DNA from: Paraglomus brasilianum
Lineage: Eukaryota
Reading direction: 5' to 3'
DNA length: 44,571 bases
NCBI GenBank assembly: GCA_910592345.1
Contig: CAJVPI010000185.1
Coordinates: forward strand, 1 to 44,571
In this document: positions 35,195 to 44,571 of the stretch, in pieces
Layout of the letters: every line of letters starts with the position of its first letter
Numbering within the stretch: the stretch's first letter is position 1
The notes under the pieces: generated by a model
What the model saw: the letters and a program-made list of their open reading frames with translations, nothing else
Told to the model about the DNA's origin: nothing
The model's database searches: none
Program-made: the position numbers and the translations under genes

Positions 35195-36868
35195 ATGACT
35201 GATAATGTTCAAAACACGTCTACTGTTCGGTAAGATCATTGTAGGCAGCACTTTATGTCACGATCCATGTCTGCTTTCTAATAGCATTTTTATCCGTTGA
35301 CGCTAGGTTACAGATCGATGTTGCCAAGCTAGAGCGGTATTTGAGGTCTAAACAAATTGATAAATTCAAGCTACCAATTGAGGTGGAGCAATTTACCTAT
35401 GGACAGAGTAATCCTACATACCTCTTGATCGATTCTGAGTATGTTGCTTAGAAAGCATAGAAAGAGAAAGGAGGGAGACCAAAGATTAATTCCGTCCTGT
35501 GGTAATTACTAGTAAGAGGCGTTATGTGTTGAGGAAGAAGCCTCCGGGAACATTGTTATCATCTACCGCACATGCTGTCGAGAGAGAATTCAAAGTATTA
35601 GACGCATTAGGAAAACACACAGATGTACCTGTGCCAAAAGCATATGTACTTTGTGAAGACAAGGAAGTAATTGGAACATCATTCTATGTGAGTGAAATGA
35701 AAAAGTCTGTTATGAATCACATTGCGTTTAATAGGTAGATGAGAGTTTAACCTGCGTGTGTTTTCTATCATAGATTATGGAATTTATTGAAGGTCGTATA
35801 TTTCAAGACATTCGTTTGTTGTCTCTGCCTCGTGAAGAAAGAAAACAGTGGTACGTTGGTGTGGTTAGGGTATACAGCTTTCATTACCATGATACATTCA
35901 ATTTGAAATATAACATTGTACAATAGCTGGTATTCTGTCATAGAAACTCTTGCAAAGCTGCATTCGGTCGATTACAAAACAATAGGTCTTGCAGATTATG
36001 GCAAGCAATCAAACTTTTATAGACGACAGATACGCTCTCTACAAAAAGTCTTGGCTGCTCAAGCACTCGCAGAAGATGAGAATGGAAACAAAGTTGGTGA
36101 AGTTTTCAGATTGAATGATATGATTGCTTGGTTCAAGAGAAATGAGATTCCCGATGAAACTACGATTGTGCACGGCGATTTCAAGGTAAAATTTATTGGC
36201 ATAACGAAATGCGTACTTGCGTGACTAACAATGAATTGACATTGCTATTCTTTAATGACCCTGATTGAAAAAAGGTGGATAATATGGTTGGTAGATATTG
36301 TCTTTGCGACTGTCTAATATACTCGACATATCATTTGCGCCAATACAGTCACATAACGTTACGTTAACATGTGTTATTAGGTATTTCATCCAACTGAGCC
36401 ACGTGTAATCGGCATACTCGACTGGGAACTGTCCACTATTGGCCATCCTCTCTCTGACCTGGCCAATTTGCTTAATCCTTTCTATCTCCCTACGATTAAC
36501 CATATTACGGGACTCAGAGACGTCATTGATCTTCCAATACCCGCAGTGGATGAGCTCATCCATTATTACTGTCTTCAGGTTAATCGGCCATACCCAATTC
36601 CCAGATTTGAATTTGCAATAGTGTTTTCGTTCTTCAGGGTGAGTATAATCGTGAATGCAGCCTTGACAAAGGTAGCACGTACCATAACTAATATTGTACC
36701 GATACTATATAGTTGATAGTTATTATACACGGAATAGCTGCTCGTGTGGCCAGGAAACAAGCAAGTTCAGCCAAAGCATTACAGTATGCAAAATTGCTTA
36801 ATCCTATGATACACGCAACATTCGATATCATTGACAAAGGCGATCTAAACGGCCAAAGCAAATTATGA
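35195..36868 (+). CDS. Aminoglycoside-phosphotransferase (APH) family kinase, ACAD10/11 N-terminal-like, with PTS1 (-SKL)
   Basis: [107 protein letters not shown]; ends GQSKL*. Confidence 0.9.
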
Positions 36869-36953
36869 TAACAATTCTGCTATGACGTTAACTAGTAGTA
36901 GCATTTACGGACAAATAAATAAAGTCTTTCTCTATTTAAATGAAAGTTATGAA

Positions 36954-38379
36954 TTAACCGTAAATATTTCGTTTTACAAGTTCTTGTTTCTCGGGTGGAC
37001 ATCCAATGGCCGTCAAGTACCTATGATGGAAAGTAGTAAGTACATGTATATTGTCAATCATAATATAAGATCAGCTTAATTCATCAGACACTAACTCGGA
37101 TACACTCCCATACGTCTCACGTATATAAGCAAAAAGTTTTCTTATTGCCTAATAAATTAAATACAAGGTTAACATTCTTGAAGCATTGTGCAAGTTGCTT
37201 TTCATCTGTCTACGTACTTCAGGTGGTGCCTCGGCAAAATCATCCGTCAATCCAACATTTGCGACACCTTTCAATACCTGTGAGTAACGAGGAAACAAGC
37301 CTTTCTGGGATAAGCAATAATCATGGACTATTGCTTCTTCGTCCACTCCGCATAAGCCAAGGATTAAGGCAATAATGAATCCTGTACGGTCTTTTCCAAG
37401 TGTACAATGTATATAAACAGGCAGATTGGAGTCATCAGATATGATATCTAGTAGCTTTGTAAGAGAAGATTCAAGTTAATATAAATAGAATAACCAGATC
37501 ATATAATTCTCACAGGATAGAAAGTAACATAAACGTGTTATGGCAGGAGACCACGCTTTCCTACAATCTCGTTCGCTCCTCCGATCCTCAATGGTCATCA
37601 ACTCACCGTGCATATCTCTTGATGACATCCGTTAGCAAAATCGACATACATGCCACTTAATCCCCGAGGACTTGTAACTTCTCGACCCACAGTTCTTGCC
37701 GCCTCTTTTCTTTGGCATGTCAAAAAGTACCCGAAGATCTTAAGCTTCAACAACCATGGAGCAGTCCCTATGACATAACGCTCGAAATTACGGCCTGTAA
37801 AGTTCAGTTGAATGATTTTTCCACAAGGGGACAACGATTCGAAATGTTTCTCGCGTTCTTCGGTGCCGTCGTTTGATTTGTTTGATTCGCTATCAAAAAG
37901 GGATAAAGGTTGTGGAGGTGGATACGGCGTGATTACGTATGCGTTGGAGAGGAAAGTCGAGTTGACTGGTTCATAACTAGGAACAAATAAAATGAGTAAG
38001 ACGGAAATTGGCTATCCAATAGTAATAGTACACGCGCGGATTTGTTTGTATACCTTGATCTCATATCAATTATAGTCTTGATACCATAGTCAACCAATCT
38101 CTTAATGTCTGCATCATCAGCTTCATCGGGTTTTCCACCACGAAACAAAATCCCGCATTTAATTCTCAAAATAATAAAAAGTAAATTCGCCTCAATACTC
38201 AAAGGTAACCCACGTTAAAACACCATATATCAATGTAATTCTTAGCGCCTAAGTAAAGACCTCGAAAACTCAATGTAATTCTTATATACATACTTTTTCA
38301 TATCCTTCGTTAGTGGGAAGTCATTAATAGCGGTTCCCACATCTCTAAAATTCAGAATACTCTCTACTGCGTACTTCAT
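36954..38379 (-). CDS. Tyrosine/serine protein phosphatase (Y_phosphatase3, IphP/MptpB-like)
   Basis: ILNFRDVG, GILFRGG, GIKTIIDMRS, catalytic loop PVYIHCTLGKDRTG, IVHDYCLS, YGSVSEYLTAIG. Confidence 0.9.
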
Positions 38380-39278
38380 GATATACGTCGTCAAGAGAGT
38401 GAGGATTCTCTTCTATCATCGTTTCCTGCAGAATTAGGTGTAACTACGTCATGAATAAGGTCGAGTATGTGCGGTATATGTGCCAGAGCTTTATTGGTCG
38501 GAGAAAGCCCAATTTCGCAGGTTGCATGACTTTGTTATTGTGACACACCTATTTTCTGACCGACCAAACACCTAACATTTCGAAACAACTGACTCCGTCC
38601 ATTCGAACTGACACATATATATTAGACACTGTCAAGTTCTTGGTCATGTGCGCATACTGATACTACTACCTAACTGTACAAGAGACACATCCATTGAGTT
38701 GCATATTTCAAATGTAATAGGTGACATCTATATTACTAAAGGTAGCGTTCGTATTCCAATAATGTCTGAATTAATTTCATTATTGAATATCTCATAGATC
38801 ATTTTCTGTTAACTGAATTTCTCTATGCAATTTGTAGTAGTTACTGATACGCACATGTCCTCAAGGTGCTATTCTGTTATACAAACAGAGTAGGATACAT
38901 CAAATTCAGTACTTAGAACATACAAGGATTACCTGTTAGAGAAGTGTTACGTTTAATCGGTTTGCCTGGGCAGATTTGCTATTTGTGGTGGGGACGTTTT
39001 CAGAAATTGAACCTAATTGCGCTTTTAAAAAATGGCAACTCATTGCATTTCCTCCTTGTATTTAGTCATGCGAACTGTATATCTCAAAGCCTTGATAGTT
39101 TGCGTTTAATTTATTCATAATTATGCGCACTAAATATACAAGAGAAAAAATGCAAAATCAAATATACAAGCAAAACATGCAAATCCCAATTGGGAAGGTC
39201 CAATTTTGTCTATCTTCTATCACTGCTATAAAAATATCCACACTCAAGTATCTATTTACAATACACAGTTTCTATTCT

Positions 39279-41117
39279 CTACTCGAATTTAACATTGTTG
39301 TAATTATGTTTCTTAGGTCTCCTTATCCATTCTTCCTTTAGCAGCCCGTTTTTCGTCACTCTGAAATTCCTCAGCTTCTTTGCCAGACACCCAATCACCA
39401 CTCTAACATGTTCCTCCTCGATTCCAACTGCTCCGTCAAACTCCAACTTTTCGACAGAACACTCGGAATGTTTCAAAAAACACTCTAGGGAATTTACACC
39501 AAACGACCACATTCCTCTAATAATCAATTCCCTTAAATTAGGCAACTTGATAAGAGACAGTTTCCTCATTAGTCTACTAGCATCGTATTCGAAATTTGCA
39601 TCTGATATATCCACTTTGACGAGATGCTTGCACGACGAAAATATGCACACCAGTTGTTGTCTATCAAACGGCCACAGTGACAAATTCAACTCTCTGACAC
39701 TATGACAAAACTCTCCGACTGTGATGGTTGCTGTTCTTGTAGGATTCACCCAATAAAACAACGCCCTCTCTACAGTGACTGTTTTTAGAGTATGGCTACA
39801 TTTGCGCAACAGATCACATAGAATTGGCTCGGGAACAGCAGAAGCGATGAATTCCAGAACATTGAGATTTGGAAATGAAGCGCTCAGTAAAGGATCGAGG
39901 ATAGTCGCAGATATTAGTCCTTCACATAATTCAAATCTGAGAACTTCCAGTTGACTGCAGTCGCTGAGAAATTTCAAAGAACACCAAGATGAGAAGGATA
40001 TACCAACAAAGCACACTTTGCGTAGATGGTTAACCTGGGCCTTCAAAGCGTCGAAAATGTCGGCTGCTCCAACTGAACAATAGTGAATTTCAAAGTCTTC
40101 TAATTTAAGCTGATTTTTGATCAATACGATCAAAGGCTGAGCTTGATCCCAGAGCGACTCGGTCTCCTGTCTGCTGATGGGGACGCCATATGATCTGTAT
40201 GGGTAGTCTAGATTAACGACTATTCTCTTCAAATTGCGACATACTTTAGATAAAGCATAGAATACTTCGGTCTTGTTATCTTTGGTGGTTGCTATAAACT
40301 CGGTTAATACGGTTAACGAGTGAGCTCCTTTTGTTGGCAATAATTTTCGAACTGAAAACATGTCACAGTAGATGTGATTGAGACTGGAGCATCTGTATTC
40401 GTTTGCGCCTCTGGTATAGTTTTGGTTATCGATCATTAATTGCCTTAGTAGCGGAGATGCACGCGTTAGATATCCACTGAGAATAGTAACGGCCATGTCC
40501 TCGATCTGTAGTATGTCATCGGAACCATAAGTTGGCATTAGATATTTGAGCAATGCGTTGTATTCAAATATTTGTGCTTTGGGAGACATTGGATGAGTCG
40601 ACAAGTCATCGAGCTTCCAGCTCAGTAACAATCCTTGAGTATCGAGAAACGACAACCAATCGACAACAGCCTGATTTAATTCCATCAAATCCAGCGATCT
40701 CAGATACTCGTTGTACGGAAACATTGGCTTTTGAACTGAATGTGGTACGATTCCTCCGTCAGCCAACTCGTTTATCTTGTCATGGATCATACATATAAAA
40801 TATACGTCTACTAGTTTAGCTGATTGCGATTCACGTGCACGACATGTGCATAAGCATGACTGATGATGACAGGTGAACAGGAATCGAAATGGTTGAGACC
40901 AGAGAAATTCGACAGCGGTAATGCACCAGATACGATTGACCAATAGGCAAGCGTGTAGAGTTCGTTTGTCGGTTGAGAGAGAGGCAAATATGTTGCGTAG
41001 ACAGTCTGGCGGAAGAGAGGGAGACAATGGGGGACGACGACGGAAAGGAAGCTTAGAGATTGTGTGAGTTGATGGGTGGATTGATGATTGACAGTCAAAT
41101 GAAGGTGTTGGAGACAT
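39279..41117 (-). CDS. F-box-like / RNI-like LRR protein (single exon, 612 aa)
   Basis: LPPDCLRNIF..LHACLLVNRIWCITAVEFLWSQPF, PMFPYNEYLRSLD, then LRRs (LEVLRF, LNVLEF, LRELII). Confidence 0.88.
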   Translation of the reverse strand: MSPTPSFDCQSSIHPSTHTISKLPFRRRPPLSPSLPPDCLRNIFASLSTDKRTLHACLLVNRIWCITAVEFLWSQPFRFLFTCHHQSCLCTCRARESQSAKLVDVYFICMIHDKINELADGGIVPHSVQKPMFPYNEYLRSLDLMELNQAVVDWLSFLDTQGLLLSWKLDDLSTHPMSPKAQIFEYNALLKYLMPTYGSDDILQIEDMAVTILSGYLTRASPLLRQLMIDNQNYTRGANEYRCSSLNHIYCDMFSVRKLLPTKGAHSLTVLTEFIATTKDNKTEVFYALSKVCRNLKRIVVNLDYPYRSYGVPISRQETESLWDQAQPLIVLIKNQLKLEDFEIHYCSVGAADIFDALKAQVNHLRKVCFVGISFSSWCSLKFLSDCSQLEVLRFELCEGLISATILDPLLSASFPNLNVLEFIASAVPEPILCDLLRKCSHTLKTVTVERALFYWVNPTRTATITVGEFCHSVRELNLSLWPFDRQQLVCIFSSCKHLVKVDISDANFEYDASRLMRKLSLIKLPNLRELIIRGMWSFGVNSLECFLKHSECSVEKLEFDGAVGIEEEHVRVVIGCLAKKLRNFRVTKNGLLKEEWIRRPKKHNYNNVKFE

Positions 41118-42410
41118 TTTTCAAAAGAATTTCAAGAATGGCAGATATGTAAGCTTCTTCTCTAGATGACAGAGTTTCTTTTTTTCCTTCCCCTTTTTCA
41201 CTTGGGAAACGAGTTGCCGTCTTATACAATCCTTGCAGAAAATGCCAGTTGTCAAACAATGTGGCACTGCATATTGTATAAATATTTGCGTCCGATCACC
41301 AAAGGATATGTCATATACGGATGAAATTGTTTATATCATGTTATTCGGCGTACACAAACTGAGACAATGGCGTACATCGCATTGTGAATATTATTGGTAG
41401 GGGATAAAAAGGTAAAACTTTATAGATATGGGGTACGTCGAATTTCAGGGGTCACCGAAAGAATTAGAAAAGAAAAAACAAGCTGACAAGGTCACGTCAG
41501 ATATATACACGAATAATCGTACAATCATACGTGAACACCAATTATGAATGTGACACGTGTAGTTCTTGAATTAATAGCACGTTTTATTGTGGTGAGTTTA
41601 AATATCGTATAAAAAGATGTGCTACAACGCATATTATATTAATGTGTGAAAGTGATTCGCAAATCTTTGCAACTAGGATACTTTCACAACAGCTATACAA
41701 TCCCCAGGTATGAAGAAAGAAGGTGCAGAATTTCTTACTCGTGTTGATAATCGCAGGGTTAGACAAGTTTTTGGTGCTATGAGAGATGCAAGCAGACGGT
41801 CGGCCATGACATACGCACGTTCCCATTAATACTATCACATGTTCATAATGTTGTGACCGATGACCGATGACCGATGAATGTGCGTAATAGTATGCCAGCA
41901 TTGAAACGCTGACGATGAAGTGGCAGCATCGACTGGTGTAAATATCAAGCAGAAGTTTGATAACATTCAGATCAGAGTTCATCTACTTGAGTTAATTGAA
42001 CAGAGTCCGTTCATTTTTTGGGGGACACTTTTATTAATTCTTTTTATAGAGATGGAAAATAATATAACGGGGTGACCGCGTCTTATTGTGGCGTTACCCC
42101 GTTCGAACTTCATCTGTGGCGTTGATTTTGGTATCGTTGCACAACATACTCGTAAAATACAATGTATACATATATCTTATTGTGCTTGCACTCAAATTTT
42201 AAGGTTGTCATTATCGGAAAGATCGTATAAGCCTCAATCACAATAACAATAAGGTTTTATGCATGCAAGTTCCTATTACGTATTCTGATACATTTAAATT
42301 CAACAATAGAATATGTGAATGCAGATTGATGAAGGCGTCGATTGTTGGGGTGAGGGCGTAAAAGGACAATGATAAAAGATGACATGTGGAAGTCATGTAC
42401 TTAGCAAAGG

Positions 42411-42455
42411 TTGTGTAATTGTGTAATTGTGTAATTGTGTAATTGTATAATTGTA
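42411..42455. repeat. 8-bp tandem repeat (TTGTGTAA) about x5
   Basis: Read directly. Confidence 0.85.
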
Positions 42456-43409
42456 GGCTTGGTAGCGTAATTGTAATGCTTGCTTGGTGTTTGCTACCAA
42501 TATTAATATGCCACCATTTGTCAGAAGTTGATACTTTTAAACAACTAACATAAGCTGCAGAAATGTCAGTAGCTTGACAGAGGTAATTGATGGTAGTAAA
42601 AGCGAACGGACATATACATCGTTGTAATATATATTTAAGGAATTTATCTTGGGCACATTCCCTAAATCCTGTAATAGTAAGCAGACTTAACCAATAGAAG
42701 TTGATGGATCGTCAATACGAGACAATGTTTATTAATTATCAAGCTTTGTTTATTCCTCAGTCACATAAATGTTCACAGCTAATTCTTTTATCAGGACAAC
42801 TGCGCAAATACCTCATCGGAGCGGAATGGCGGTCAGCACATATCTCACACGTACTCGGTGAGCAAACTTCACTTGCGAATGCTTTCTTAACTTCGCCTTC
42901 TAAACGATCGATAGCATCACCGTATTTAAGAAAATTTGCGTATGATAATTGTTTGCATTATTGGATACAATAAATTACATACTTGCGTCTATTAACCGTT
43001 TATTTGCCTGCTCCTGGTTGCTTCGTTTTGGTTTTCTCGCCTGACTTTCCTGTTGCACGTTTTAATGCTGCAAAATACGTCTGTGTTATCGTGTTATCGC
43101 ATTACATTATATCTATTCCAACTCTCCCTACGGCCTATTAACGTAATGGATCAAAGTAATGAGAAGCGTGCAAAATTAATTGAAGAAGGTGTAATGCGCA
43201 ATTGAATGTAGGGCTTGTCTGCAATCTAAATTCGCAGTTTACTGAAAACAAAGTAGTGGAGGCAACGGAGGAAGAACATAAATCCAGGATAAAGACGTGC
43301 GTAGATACTGTAAATGTTTTTGTTCAGTGAGCACAGTGTCAGGACCGTATTTATGAATGACACATTCCTGTGTAGTATACCATTGCTTTGGCGCACTCTT
43401 GCCATTAGA

Positions 43410-43758
43410 TTATTGATTATTTTCCCGTTTTACCAACAAATAAACAATCGTAGTTTCCCTATCTTCAGTATCATTTGAATCTTTTATTTCAATAATTGTT
43501 CGTTGGAATCTTTGACATCTGGATTATTATTTAATTCTTTATAAACACGTTTAATGTAGTGAGATTTTACTGACCTATATAGGCTTTCGAAACTAATCTT
43601 ATCGAAAGAAATAGACGCATCTCGAGGTCAAATAATAATCTAGGATCGGCGTATACAAGACATCGTGAGCATTATAATCAAACCTTAAGGTCACTAACTT
43701 TATTTATAGATTTAACATTAGTAAAGATAGTCAAAGGTCTCTCCGAAGATGGATCCAT
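43410..43758 (-). pseudogene. Decayed spliced ORF resembling a Crinkler (CRN) N-terminal ubiquitin-like domain
   Basis: MDPSSERPLTIFTNVKSINKVSDLK | 44-nt GT-AG intron | III*PRD.. then after a frameshift ..ETTIVYLLVKRE. TATAAATA upstream on the same strand (~43897-43904). Confidence 0.3.
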
Positions 43759-44080
43759 GAATGCAAACCCTCCTGTCAATATATAACAGAACGAGATTTC
43801 AAGGCGTGCTCTACGGATTATCTTTCATTCAAAGGAAGTCTTGATTGGGTTTACCACTGTAATGTTTATGGAACAATATGACAAGAAGAGGCAAGGTATT
43901 TATACATAAGAAAAGACTACGCCAAAAAAAAATTATAAACGAAACAAGCGAAAAACCTGCGAAAACGCTCCGAAAACTAATGATTACCAATGCAAAGAAC
44001 AAGATAAAAATCCCGCTTACTTAACACAAGTAAAGACAAGAAAACATGTAAGTTTTATATTAGAGCAAAGATTTTATTTA

Positions 44081-44326
44081 AGGACAAATCTTTAGCAGGT
44101 AATAGTAAGAGCATATGAGAATATTTACTCTCCTTCTCAAAATGTAATAAAAGTCTTACATCATTGTGATCCTATATGTTGTTATTAAACTCATCACATA
44201 ACATTTCTATTTCCTCAAAAAGATGCAATATAAAGTGTCTGCATCTGGATGCACATCTTAGTGATTTCTTCCAGTGCAGAATCAGGCATCAGTGGTTGTA
44301 GTCCATTCATAATATGGGGCAGACTG
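44081..44326 (-). pseudogene. Decayed C-terminal fragment of a TKL kinase paralogous to the gene at 155-1891
   Basis: IMNGLQPLMPDSALEE vs IMGGLRPPMPDSAPEG; NDVRLLLHFEKESKYS..LPAKDL vs NVKPLSRLEKESKYS..LPTRDL; shared DNA GAGAAGGAGAGTAAATA. Confidence 0.8.
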
Positions 44327-44571
44327 CAACAAAACCAGACAAAGTGAACATTTTATTATGTGACATAAATGAGAGGCTGATGTGGCTGAAAGTTAACTAA
44401 TTTGATTAATATTGTGGCAAAATGTAATTGATGTTCAAGTTGATTAAGATAGACTTTTACTTGAATTACAATGTGCTTAATATAGGATTATGTCTACTTT
44501 ACAGAAACCTGTAGTTTTTATAAATCTCTCTGTGACATCAGAATAAGATCACCACTATCTAACAGGCATCA

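Noticed and set aside
35195..36868. Horizontally acquired aminoglycoside-resistance gene
   Set aside because: It has many spliceosomal introns, an ACAD10/11-type signature and a PTS1, consistent with a native eukaryotic gene.
41584..42075. ORF 41584-41982 (-) and a short plus-strand frame with a possible intron
   Set aside because: I could not build a coherent gene model or recognise a motif.
42085..42115. tRNA gene suggested by GTTCGAAC
   Set aside because: No cloverleaf, acceptor stem or properly spaced A-box.
43628..43630. In-frame TGA as selenocysteine or an alternative genetic code
   Set aside because: The same relic has a frameshift, I see no SECIS, and neighbouring intact genes use TGA as stop.

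Overview
Eukaryotic, intron-rich fungal DNA. Short GT-AG introns, a WTxGN-type TKL kinase, intronless F-box/LRR genes and a MATH-BTB gene point to an arbuscular mycorrhizal (Glomeromycotina) genome, which is an inference. I reconstructed 13 protein-coding loci by hand: a TKL kinase (frameshifted, 5' end unresolved), two F-box/LRR genes, MATH-BTB, a REX4-like exonuclease with a CCHC zinc knuckle, an inositol-type MFS transporter, a SAM methyltransferase, a GGA-like VHS-GAT adaptor, a cytochrome P450, HAP5/NF-YC, MED18, a peroxisomal APH-family kinase and a tyrosine phosphatase. A ~7.5 kb gene-free island (23.9-31.4 kb) holds an internally deleted pogo/Tigger transposon, a degenerate repeat array and several hairpins. 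The right end holds decayed Crinkler-like and TKL-kinase relics, the latter inside a CpG-free tract. No tRNA, rRNA or CRISPR was found, and I see no clearly novel multi-gene system. The best leads are unusual domain architectures and traces of methylation-driven gene-family decay. Exon boundaries are manual predictions.
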